Source: Sphaerodactylus townsendi
Taxonomy: Eukaryota
Length of the DNA: 63,857 bases
Reading direction: 5' to 3'
NCBI RefSeq assembly: GCF_021028975.2
Contig: NC_059430.1
Span: 37,014,001 to 37,077,857 of the forward strand
Position 1 is the stretch's first letter. The number at the start of each line of letters is the position of its first letter. This document shows, piece by piece, positions 36,023 through 48,450 of the stretch. The translations under genes were made by a program, and so were the position numbers. The notes beneath the pieces were generated by a model that was not told where the DNA came from, did not search any database, and worked only from the letters and a program-made list of their open reading frames with translations.

Positions 36023-37564
36023 AAATCATGCACACATAACAGAAGTGTTAGACAGGCTGGAGTCCAGCACAGTCTTTTTAGTTCTATGGACAGAAAAATA
36101 TCCTGCAATGGAACTGAACAATGGAGGCTGGTTCACTAATAGGTAAGTCCTGGTATTGCTTCACTGCGTACAAGCCATTTAGTACCTGCCAATTACATAT
36201 AGACAGTGTAATGACATCTTATTGCCACAGGAGGCCAGTGGCTACTGAGGAAAAAAGGTTGGTAGCAAATGTTGTCTGGATGTCTTCTTTACTTCCAGTT
36301 TTTAATACTGCATGGGGTGGGCCTCATAGGTACGCTGAAATTCTGTCTGCACTACTCAGTTCTTTGACCTTTCCTGGGACCAATATTGTCAGTCTTGCTT
36401 GTGTGACAAGAAAAGGAAACATTATTGTGAAGCAGCCTAACCAGGAGGTATGATAACCTGCCACTGAATTTGGAGTGTTGATTTAGGTTAGCAGCATGCA
36501 TATTTACTTTAAAAAAAGGCTTTTAAATAATCTCGTCTTAAGGTTGCAGTCACAGGAGGGGAGCCTTGCCAAAAGGAAGCTGGAAATGCATGCTATTTGA
36601 AAGTTTCCCAGACCATTTACTCTAATATAGCACCAACTGGCATGGGGACAGAGGGAGGTAAGTTGGGGATGGGAAGCAGTGACTCAGAAGACAAAATGGG
36701 TAAGGATGATACCGGGATACTTGGTTACAACGTGGTTCCCCTGCCAGAATGTCTTTTCTTGGCAGTGCAATTTCTACTTTTTATGCATATTTCTCATTCC
36801 ACTCTACCTGCTGCAACCTGAGAGTCATTTTCTGGCATAACTGCTGTATAGAAAAAGTTTCCCAAAGACTTTCATCAGTGCTGGTGGAGTCTGCATCACA
36901 TTGAGGTGGTATTGGTAGTGGCTTAGGTAGTCCCATGATATGCCAGTTCTCTAAATATGACACACCTACAATGCTATCAACAATCCCAAGGGAACTCAAG
37001 AAGTCCTTCTCAGGTTGCTATCCCCCCCCCCCCCCATAGATTGATCCTGCCAGTCCTCTCTGCCCAAAACACACTTTGTAGGTAAGACCTGCATTCGTTA
37101 TTCACGCTCTTTTTGTTACATTTGATTCCTTCCTTCCATCCATCGCAGAAGGCAGTGCATGGTTCTATCACATATGAAGCCCTTCATAGATTTGGACCTT
37201 CATATCTGCAGGACCAAGTCTCCTTCCATTCTCCACCATGACAGCTTCCATCATCTGAGCAGGGTCTTCTGCAGGTCCCATTTTCCAAAGGGGTGAAATC
37301 AACAACTGCCCATAGATGTGCATTCTCTGTTGAGGACCCCGTCTTGTGGAATAAACAGAATTGTTTGAGAAAGCATTTCTCAAAGGCAGTAGGGCTATAT
37401 TATCATGCAGTGGTTCAAGAAGGTATCTTCATATAGAGAACAGGGCCATGGGTTACTGTTTATAACATATATTAGCTTTTCACTGTATGTATTGTCTTTA
37501 TCTCACTGTGCGTTTTTTAACCAGTTATTTCAGTTTTTGGCACTAACATATCACATCTGATACC

Positions 37565-38068
37565 TAGAATCATAGAACTATAGAATTGGAAGACACCACT
37601 AGGGTCATCAAGTCCAATCCCTTGCCATGTAGGAATACACAATCAAAGCACCCTTGACAGGTGGCCATCCAGACTCTGTTTAAAATCCTTCAAGGAAGAA
37701 GCCTTAACCACATTTCAAGGCAGTGCATTCCACTGTTGAACAGCCCTTAATGTCAGGAAGTTCTTCCTAATGTTTAGATGGAATCTCTTTTCCTGCACTT
37801 GGTATCCATTACTCCTTGCCCATTCTGGAGTAGCAGAAAACAAGATTGCTCAATCAACATGACATCCCTTCAGATATTTAACCATGGCTATCATGTAAAC
37901 CCTTAACCTTCTCCAAACTAAACGTATCTAGCTCCCTAAGCCGTTCTTTTTAGGGCATGGATTCCAGACCTTTTAACATTTTGGTTGCCCTCCTCTGGAC
38001 CCATTCCAGCTTGTCAATATCCTTCTTGAATTACAGTGCCCAGAACTAGAGACAGTATTCCAGGTGTG
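37565..38068 (-). mobile_element. CR1 LINE 3' fragment
   Basis: TAGAATCATAGAA tail in reverse complement; homologous to 527-1190. Confidence 0.88.
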
Positions 38069-38302
38069 TTGCTTAAATTTCTTTAATCCAAGTTTTATTA
38101 CTTTGCTTATTCTATTGGTTTTACCGACTTACACTGTACAAACTACCCTGAGTGTCAATGAGAAAGACAGAATGAGGTAAATAAATTAAAATATAATAAA
38201 TGAAATGAAGTGGCTGCACCATGGGCCAGCCATTTTGGTTACTTCTAAGTCATTTAGGAATATATTCCGGCAGGACTCATGAACAGATATAAAAGATGCC
38301 TT

Positions 38303-38595
38303 AGAAGAAGAAGAAGAAGAGTTTGGATTTATATCCCCCCTTTCTCTCCTGCAGGAAACTCAAAGGGGCTTACAATCTCCTTGCCCTTCCCCCCTCACAA
38401 CAAACACCCTGTGAGGTAGGTGGGGCTGAGAGAGCTCCGAAAAGCTGTGACTAGCCCAAGGTCACCCAGCTGGCGTGTGTGGGAGTGTACAGGCTAATCT
38501 AAATTCCCCAGATAAGCCTCCACAGCTCAGGCGGCAGAGCTGGGAATCAAACCCGGTTCCTCCAGATTAGATACACACGTTCTTAACCTCCTACC
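38303..38595 (-). mobile_element. Squam3-type SINE
   Basis: Highly similar reverse complement of 35717-36022. Confidence 0.85.
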
Positions 38596-39027
38596 ATTGC
38601 CTCTTGATGTAGGAAGCCATCGTGAGAATGCATGAATACCTTTGTGGCACTTATTATTGCTTTTGGCATTTTTACAAGAAGCAAGTGAAAACTTGGAAGG
38701 TATGAAAAATGACTTCTGCCACCACAAACTAGCAGTTTCTCAAGTATGCATAATAAACAATGTCACATGCTTTACAGAAAATATTGAAGACAACTTTGAT
38801 TTTTTACTTATTACAATTGTATTTGCCACTCTTCCAGGGAACTCAGGGTAGTGTTTATTGATCTGACCCATTTTTATGTCTGGATCGGTCCTATGCAAAA
38901 GACTAGGCCACGAGGAAGTGATTTGTCCAAGACCATGTAATGAGGCTTATGACTGAATAAGCATTTACATCAAGGTCTCCCCAGGCAAAGCCAATCATTA
39001 TATGGCTGAGGCCGGGGGGAAGAGGTA

Positions 39028-39257
39028 GAGCCAGCATGGGTAGTGGTTAGATTGTAGTACTAGGATCTGGGAGACCAAGTTTAAATCTCAACTCTGCCAT
39101 GGACACTCCCTAGGCAACTTTGGACCAATCACTCTCTCTCAGCCTAACCTACCTCCCAGGGTTGTTGTTGTCAGGATAAGATGGAATAAGAGAACGATGT
39201 TTTAAGATGCTTTGGGTCTTCACTGGGGAGAAAAGTGGGTTATGTGTATCTAAATAA
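39028..39257 (+). mobile_element. Old Squam3/MIR-like SINE
   Basis: GAGCCAGCATGGGTAGTGGTTAGA head, CTCAGCCTAACCTACCTC core. Confidence 0.7.
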
Positions 39258-41835
39258 GGATATAAGACAGTGTTGTTTAGTATATTATAGTCATTACTGA
39301 ATTAATATTATGCATGAGAGATATGATAGCACATCTGAAAGAATTCAGAAAAGTCCTCCTTGGACCTTACAGTTATCCATGGAACAGCAGGCCATAGTGT
39401 CCTAGTGGCATCTTCCACCTTACTAATAGCGATTTAAAAAATCTGAAGTAAATGCGATGACACTTTGCCACTGAAGACATTTCTTTCTACACAATAATTT
39501 CCAGATATCACCAAACTCCCCAGGACCACACAGAAGAGACAAGAAATTGCTTGAAGCAAAATGAAATATTAATTTAAAGAATGTATGTCACTAAAAATGG
39601 GTAGCAGGGAAATAAGTTATTGCATGAAACCACCGTGATGGTAAGTAATCGTAAAGCAGTTTGTGATTAAATTGACATGATTTGTCATGCATGCATGCAA
39701 TCTCTCCCTGCTTATTCATACATATAATATCCATACCCACTATTTTGCTAAACCTGACTTCTGAAAGGCTAGGACCAGATTAAGGAATTTGATGACCATG
39801 GGGGTCCTGATATCCCACTTGGGTCTGAACTATTATCTTCTCGTTACCTATTACACTCAAAGACCGCTATATCTCAGATGCAGTTATAGGCTGAGAGTCT
39901 CCTCTTCATTTGTCCTTGGTCTCCTCTAGAGTGTACACTGCCCATTCCCAGCTATTCATAATGGCCAGGCTATGAGTAATGCAAACTTCCCTCAACTTTG
40001 GACTTCTATTTCTGCCTCTTGCAATGAAAGAGAAGCCATAATGTTCTGAGCTGCCAGGACAATTATAGAAGAAAAAGCACAGGAAGATGAACATGCTGTA
40101 TACCGGGAAGCTTTTGAACAACTCTGTCTTTAAATACTGGTGGTGTCTGGTTTTATTGCTTGCTTAGTGTAATGGCATGGCATAGCACTCCCAGCAACAC
40201 AGTCCACATTTAAACAGAAACGTTTAAAGTCTTGCCTTCATTTCAATGGGCAGTCTGATCCCAGTCAGTAGTTTAAGTTTGAGCTACAAGGCAGCTCTGC
40301 TCCATTTGGCTTCATAACCCCTTCAGCATCCCCCCCCCCCCCCACAGTTCTGCTGTAGTTCTTTGCACCATTCTTCGAACAAGGCCAGCCTTCAGCATCT
40401 GCACTAAGTGCTGTTGGAAGCCCTGCTTCATCCACCCACCTTCAAGTTCCCAGTTCCCCATCCTGTACCATGGGACACAAAACAATGCCAGGAGAGAACT
40501 GACATGAGTAGGGCTTGACCAGCAGAATAGTATGTCACAAAATTCAGAAGACAAGAGTTGGCTCTACAGGACCTGGAGGAGTTCCATGGGAAGGAGAAGA
40601 AACTTGCTTTGGCAATGGCCAGAGTCCTAATGAGTCCTTTAGGCTTCACAGGGATATATACACTGTCAAGCTGTCAGTCCACTGAGGAAGCTCACTCAGG
40701 ATCAGGTAGCTGTGGTGATGCCCAGTTTTCCCCCCCAGCTTGAAGAGAAGCTAGATTTGGAAAGAGGGGACTGAGAGGGCCAATCACAAAACAAGCCCCT
40801 TCCTTTTCAGGTCTGTGTCATAAACAAATGTATCAGTTTGACTTTGAGTTGATCGTAAAGCTGCTTCTGCCCCCTCCTGGCTGATTTCTTCTAAATGGAA
40901 TGAGGAACCTCCCGTGGAGGCAGCAGAGCTGTAGATAACAATTTCCTCAGATGAGGGCCTCTGAAGTCCCGTCTTAAAGGATAAGAAGCTGTTGAAAATA
41001 GTTCCTCTTTCACTATTCTAGCAGCAATTACAGCTCACACATCTTGCATGTCACAGTAGGACTTGAGTAAGGAGCTCGGAAGAAGCTAAGGCCACCTTTT
41101 TATCTGGAGAAACCATCTTTGAATCAGGTCAGATCTAAAGTGGAAGCCATGGTTGTTTTCAAACAGAAAAACCCACAATATTTTTCTCAAAGCAGAAGTG
41201 TTGTATGTCTCAAAAAGGTCTCACATAAATTGTTTACCTTCCTTTCATCTAATTGTCTTGTCCATGAATCATTTTATTTCCTGAGCCAAACTACTGACTA
41301 GTGTTGCTGATAAAATATATACTGTTGTTTATCCTAGAAATTAGTGTGTTACAGCCACTTGTGAAACCATTTTTGAGTCAGTGACAAACTAGTGTATGCT
41401 TTATTGCTTTTTGTCAAAACATTGCATTGCATCTGATAAACCGAGTGGGCCAGATATATAGGGGAAGATTTATTGAGCATTAAAATGTTTTGGGGGAAAT
41501 TTGAGGTTAGTTGCTAGGAAACGTTTTAGCCTCCAAAACTGCTAAATCAAAGAAAGTGGCTGCCAAATGAAATCGTGTAATTGCTATCCATACAGATTTG
41601 TCAAGGCCAAGAGTAGATGCATGTCACTTATGCAGGAAAGTTTGAAGAGGAGGAAATCAGTCATGCCTCAAAGCAGAAAGAGAGTACATTATATGTCCTG
41701 CTAATATAATGTTGGCTTCTTATCTTTTACTCTATTGCACTAGAGCAGGAGAAGAGGAACCCATTTCTTGTGCAAACTAAAACAAATAAGGTGCGTCTGA
41801 AAGGAAGGGAGAATGGAGACCAGATTGATGTGACC

Positions 41836-41841
41836 TTTATT
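41836..41841 (-). terminator. Candidate PVALB polyadenylation signal AATAAA
   Basis: AATAAA on the minus strand about 160 nt after the stop. Confidence 0.6.
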
Positions 41842-42001
41842 ATTTTAACAGCATCTTTCAGCACAGTTGCAATGTTACGGGGCTGCAGAGAACAGAGTTG
41901 GAGTATAAAACAACATAAATGAACAGAAGAACTATGGAGGTCAGCAGAGAACAGTTGGAATCAGGCAGCAAAGGATGAAGGGTCCTGATTGGTCAAAATC
42001 T

Positions 42002-42030
42002 TTATGATTCAGCCACCAAGGTTGTGAATT
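42002..42030 (-). CDS. PVALB: PVALB last coding exon (EFTTLVAES*)
   Basis: cctcCAG acceptor, TAA stop at 42004-42002. Confidence 0.95.
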
Positions 42031-45000
42031 CTGGAGGAGAGACAGAAGTGAGGAGTAAGGTCAGGAAGTGCTGCATTGGAGGCTGTGAGAACAGGATCGC
42101 TCTAATTTGTTCATTTAACTTAATTTCTCATCCGCCTTCTCACTGAGACCCAAGGCAGATTACCAAAGAATCAAATAATGTAATAAAACAATACATTACT
42201 AATGTTTTGTAAGTTCCTTTATGACTCTGAATACAGTTAAGAGATCTCTGGTTTAACTGATGTTAGTTGCCCTATAAGGGACTGAATGCCATAAATACTT
42301 GCATTCAGATAAAGGCACTTGTGACTCGTGCCGTTTGGCATACAGAGAGCCAAAAAATCGGCAGAAATTTTCCCCTCTATACACCTACCAAAGTTTGGTG
42401 TAGGAGGCTGGAGCTAGAGTGTGTACTTTGACTGGCAAGACTTCAGTTCAATCCTTGAGCAGCCATAATACTCACATGGTGATCATCAGCTTACTTTATT
42501 TAAAACATTTTTGTGCAGCTTTCCCACCCAATAAAACTTCGAAGTAGAAGAAAGCTGGGAAGGATGCATGATGTCAAATGTACATTCCCACCCCCCAGCC
42601 CAATTCTCACCTATCCCGACAATTCAACAGTGGCATTTTATGTAGAGTTACTCCATTGCACTCCTTGTAATCTCCTAGACTGGGGTTAGTGGGTGAAATT
42701 AAGATCATGGCATGCATACCAGGAGGTGTGTATCTTCTACACCAGATCCTCCCCCTCCCTCCAAAAAACCTTCCTCCATACAAAGCAGGAAAAAACTGGA
42801 GAGGCAACAACATATTTCTACATTGTACCCCTTAGGTTAAGGACAGGAGTAGCCCCTTTCTATTTGCCTTGCCCTAAGCTCTGGTAGCTAGCCCCAGAGG
42901 TCAATAGCATCATGCTATTGCAAAGAACTTCCCAACTTCCTTTGCTTCTCTCCCAGAATTCCTTGTTGAGGCCCCTCTTACATTTGATATTACCCATTAC
43001 TCCTACAGTTAGGCTATCTCATCAGACTCAGGGGCCTCCCTTCTATTCAGCAGCCTGATGGGGCTGTGGCCCAGCCAGTGAAGGACCAATAGTGCCTCCT
43101 GAGTAATTTCTGCCTGGCTATTCCCCTTCCTCGCTCCCAAGGTAGAGCTTCCCAACAGCTGATTACCAGACAGCTGACTGTCAAAGGGTCAGATGTCAGG
43201 GGGTATTTCACTCTTAAAGGGCCAGCTGCCATTGATCAGTTGCCTAGTGCACAGATCTGTAAGGCACACCAGCTGCTCCACTGGGCCTGGTGGATGCTGA
43301 GGTTGTTAACTCTACCACCTGCAGACAAGAGTGACAACTTTGTGATTGTTCATGGTGATGGTCATTTCAATCTGCATTCCCAGTGCCAAGTTTGATCTCC
43401 CCTGCAGGACTCCTACCATCAACACCAATTTTGCCATCTCCATCTTTATCTCCAGCAGCCAAGAATGTCTTAGTTTCTTTATCAGACAAGTCTCTGCCAT
43501 CAGCGGAAAAGCCCTTCAGTACAAACCTATGGAGAAGGAAATGAGAAAGTAAGAAGCTGATCCAGGTAAGCTTATATTGAATTATGCAGCTTTATTTAAT
43601 AATTTATTTCTTGCATATTTGAAGAAAACTTTTCATTTGAAAAGCAGATTATGGAACAAAAAGAACATTTATTAGGACAGGTTGTGGTGGGCTTTCCGGG
43701 CTGTGTGGCTGTGGTCTGGTAGACCTTGTTCCTAACGTTTCACCTGCATCTGTGGCTGGCATCTTCAGAGGTGTAACACAGATTTATTAGGACCAATTTA
43801 TAAACTATTATTTCAGTTTGAGTGAAAACATGTATGGTCAAATAGATGAAAAACTTTGAAGAAGAAATATCTTTTCAACAATGGGAAACCTTATAGACGA
43901 AAGGAATAAAATTTACTGCCAGCCAAACATTAAGATAAAATTGGTACAAGATGTTCTATCGATGGTACATCACTCTAAAGGATGTCAAGAAGATGTGCAA
44001 GAATTACATGCCGGAAATACTGGAAATGTAAAGAATTGAACGGCTCTTTTTATCACATGTGGACGAGTAGAAAAGTGTTAACATTCTGGAAAGAAATTAA
44101 TGGAAAAATTCAGAAAATCTTAAAAATCAAATTTATTATGGATGCTAAGCAGTGGTGGAATTCAAATAATTTAGCAACTGGTTGTTTATAAGCACCATTT
44201 TAACAACCGGTTCTGCCGAAGTGGTACGAATTTGCTGAATCCCACCACTGATGCTAGGACTATGTTATTAGGGGTATTGCCAGCACACATTCCAAAAATT
44301 TCAGAACTTTTTCAGTGTTTGATAATGGCAGTCAGAGTAGTACTTGCAATAAAATAGAAGGCAGAAGGATGTCCTACCCAACAGAACCGGGAAAATAAAC
44401 TAGTGGAATATGCAACAATGGCAAACTAACAAACTTTGTGAATAAGTGACCAATTAAAAAATTCCAAGATACCGTGTATTATTTATATTATTCCAAAAAA
44501 AGAGAAAGAATAATAGTGAAAAGTGAAGGATATAGTTAAAATGATGTATATAAACTATAAACCATATAAACTATTAACTCTGATGATATATTGTTTATCA
44601 GATTGAAAAGGGGTATACAGGGGAACAAACAAATGACTAATCTATGAAAAATAATAATATGTTATTATGTGAGAAAAATTTAGAAAGTTATAATGGAAGA
44701 CATTTATCAGTGTTTCTAAAGTATATTTTGGATTTTTAGATTTTTTTTATTAAGGATAGCTATCATTAGTAATTGGTAAGTATTTTTATTTCTATATTAT
44801 ATTATATGTAGAATTTGTTTTTATCTCAGTGTTTGGAACTAAATGTAGCTATGACTTGATTAAAGTTTCTTTTCTATTTTATTAATTTCTATTATTTTTT
44901 GTTTTCAAAATGGTTTATAAGAGAATGAAAGCTTAAAAAAATAGTAAAAAGGGAAAATCAATTTTAGATTTTTGAATTGAGACTTACTACTAGGGTCTCT

Positions 45001-45274
45001 ATAGGCCTGTAGTATCTGCCCATGAACCCAGCTAATCTTGAAACCATTTCTTGAATAGATGCCACTGACTATGCAGGCACAAAAAGTAGGCAATACAATT
45101 TAGCTGATATTATGGTAGTAAAACCTAAAACAATGTCTCTCCTGCTGATCTCAATTGACAAGAGAGTAGGGTTATATGGGAAAAGATGTACACTGAAATA
45201 TCCCAGACACCAGTCATTTTTTGTTTTGCTGAATCACAGCTGATCTATGGTGGTATTTTCAAGGCAAGATACTT

Positions 45275-45324
<50 letters not shown>

Positions 45325-48300
45325 AATATATGGCAACTGGAACAGGTTATGAAGTATTGGTGGTTATTAGCAGTCCTATGTAAAACACAGTAGAGGTTAA
45401 GAGTTTTAATGATTGCTAGCAGATTCTCAGTGATCAAGAAAAGGCACAGCTGGCAGATCAACTGGAATGAACGATGTGATAAAAAATATTGTGCTGAATG
45501 ACACCTGTGATTCTACAGGCCAATACAATTGGGGTCACTCAGACGTGGTTGGAGGTACCAACAATGGATACTGGCTCACCCATTGCCTTTTCTTTCACTG
45601 CCACTGCCACTGTCAGCTAGGTCTGAGCAGTGTGGCACTGCAGGTGCAGAGCTACTGGAGCTTGACTGTGTTTGCTCCAAGATGTCAGTGGCCTGCAAGG
45701 ATGTAGGTAAGGCTGGGGGTTCCCGGGTTCAACCTCCCCATTACATTTCCAAAGCTCTGCCCCCCGTTTGTGGCTTTTTGTATGTTTTAGTTTTTTTCAG
45801 TTTTTGGCCTGTGGGGAGCACAGAGTTTAGGCTAGCAGCACCAAAATTCCAGGGATTTTTTGGGAGACTCTCCTGATGATACCCCCCCAGGTTTGGTGAA
45901 GTTTGGTTCAGGGGGTCCAAAGTTATGGTTATGGAGGTCTCCTAAAGAATATGGTTATGGAGGTCTCCAGGAGAGTCTCCTAAAGATACCCTGAAAGTTT
46001 GGTGCTGCTAGCTTAATAATTGCACCCCTGACAGCAGGCACACCCCAAATTTCCCCAGATTCTTCTTTGAAATCCATCCCCTTTGGCATGGATTTAAAAG
46101 GATAATCTGAGGTCCCTAGTTTAAACATTGAAAGTGATGCTGTTTCAGCGTGGGGGATAATCCACTCCAAAACAACTTCACTTTCAATGTTGTTTTAACT
46201 GGGGACCACAGATTCTCCCTTTAAGGTGGATTTAAAAGGAGAATCTGGGCTCCCTAGTTTAAAGACCATTGAAAGTGCTGCTGTGTAGGGGGTGGATACC
46301 AGCATCACAGTGGCCACCCATGGGGGCCCCCTGCACAAAACTCAGATTTTACATCAGGCTCCATTTTCCCTTGCTACACCTCTGCCCGAAGGGGAGGGCA
46401 GAAGGGACATCTGGCTGCCAGCTGGGAGCCCAGCCGGGGGGGGGGGGCGAGGCGGGCCGGGCAGAGGAGTCTGCCATCCCTGGCCTCGGAGAGCTGCTTT
46501 TATTAGCACTGGGGGGCAGGGCTCGGTAAGGTCTGGCCACACCCCATGGGGCGGGTGGAAGCATGTCTCCCCCCCCCCCGAACTCACCCCATTAAAAATC
46601 TATACCTATGTCACTGGTGGCCTGCCAGGGCAGTGATCCACTAAGAACTTTCCCTATGACTCAAATGTCCAGTTCACCCCTGAGATCACCTGTACTGGTT
46701 GACATATTCTCTGGGCCACAGTATGGAAAAGCCATTCTGTATGCAGGTACACTCCCAAGCTGCAAACCTGCTTTAGAAGAGGGAAAATGACCCCCCCCCT
46801 TGCATAAAATCCAACATTTCCTCTTCAAAACTACCTATTTCCTTCTTGCCTGGATTTCGATTCTGTTTATTCACCTCATCCTCCAGTCATTGCTAAGCTC
46901 AAGCACACAGAGAGTCTGGCCAGGAGCATTTGGTCCAGTCCTCCTCCTCCTCCTCCTCCTCCTCCTCCTCCTCCTCCTCCTCCTTCTTCTTTTTGGTAAA
47001 AATGACCTTACTGAAGTCATTGGGGTGTGGGGAAGGAAACGGTCACATGAAACTGCTTCAGGTAGAAGCAATTCTCTAGGGAAAGCTCTATTTCAGATGC
47101 TTTGGCAGTTATTTTGAGCAATGTTACAGATTCCTTCCATCCGTTGTCTTTTGAGAATTCTCTCCTCTGAAGTGCTCTCTTCATGACTACAGCTCATTCA
47201 GGCAACTTTGTCACCTAATGGGGGCGGGGTCACTGGGTTGCACAAGGATATGCCTTGAATTAGCATCTTTTTTCCGTTTTAAGTTAGCTATACAATGCAG
47301 CCCTTTTATTTACAGAGACACAAGGGAACAAAACATGCAGTTGCTCACTAAGTAATGAAACCATGCCAAAATGGGGATCATGTGGCACTTTAAAATGTAT
47401 TTATCAAGATTAAATTTTATGTTTATAACATGATTTAGGGTGCAATCCTAAAATCGCTTTCTTGGGAGTAACAGTGTAATCCAGATGAGAGGGGGACCAC
47501 TGAGGCAGCCAGGGATGGTGTGGTGAAGGTGGCACTGTGGTGCCTCCAAAGGGGCTTTGGGCACACAGAAAGGAAGGTATTTGAAAAATCTTCCTGCCGC
47601 CCAAATGCCCCATGGTCCAAACAGCTTTATATTGCACTTTTGCAGGCTCTGAGGGCAGAGTTCCTGGAACACCTGCGGCAGCCGACTACAGTCAGCTCCA
47701 CTGCTGGGAATGCGCCGGCCCAACCTCCACTGCACTGGCTCTCCCGTGGTGCCAACTTCCAGGTCAGCTCACTGAGGAGCTGTGGGGCAGCTGAATGCCA
47801 ACATGCTTCTTTCCTCCACCAGCACAGGTACCACTTGCACGGGTGAAGGGGGCAAATGCACCCGTTGCTCTCAAAGGCCATTCCACTCCCTTTCTGGATT
47901 GGGCAGTAATGATCCTATTGATTAGATCTGAGAAGGATTCTGAGTAGGCCTGCTTAAGACTGCTGTCTTATAGTGTCATCCTAAGCAGAGTTACACTCTT
48001 CCAATTTCATTTAAATCTATTGGCTTATTAGGACCTAGCTTTGTTTGGGATAGTAGCATACATAACTTCAGACAAACTGCCACAAGACTCCAGTGTATTT
48101 TAACAGATTTTTTCCTTGCAGGCTTTTGCGTTGACTTAGGATGACTGTTCTCCAGTGCAGGCCTGTAGCTAGAAATTTTTTGTTGCCGGGGTGGGGGGTG
48201 GAGAATGAGAATGATGGATCTAGGCCTTTTCTGCATGGCAACTTACCACAGATTTTCCCAGTGGTGAAACTTTGTGTGATGGAAACATTTTCTGTAAAAT

Positions 48301-48382
48301 CATTCTAAATACATCCATCTCTCTGTCGTTTTTTCCCCTTGTCTCTTTAGTTGCATTTATCTCACATGCTGTGGCTGAAAAC

Positions 48383-48450
<68 letters not shown>

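Larger units (their letters stand above)
43620..44945 (+). mobile_element. L1 LINE 3' fragment (ORF2 C-terminus plus AT-rich UTR) carrying two nested insertions
   Basis: [12 protein letters not shown] and [14 protein letters not shown] motifs typical of squamate L1. Confidence 0.8.

Noticed and set aside
37040-37400. Cys/Trp-rich minus-strand frame (...ENGTCRRPCSDDGSCHGGEW...) with one internal stop
   Set aside because: No recognisable disulfide-domain spacing or clear splice sites; plausible by chance across six frames
19800-41800. Second parvalbumin/oncomodulin paralog or another gene between IFT27 and PVALB
   Set aside because: No EF-hand exons or other spliceable coding exons found by eye
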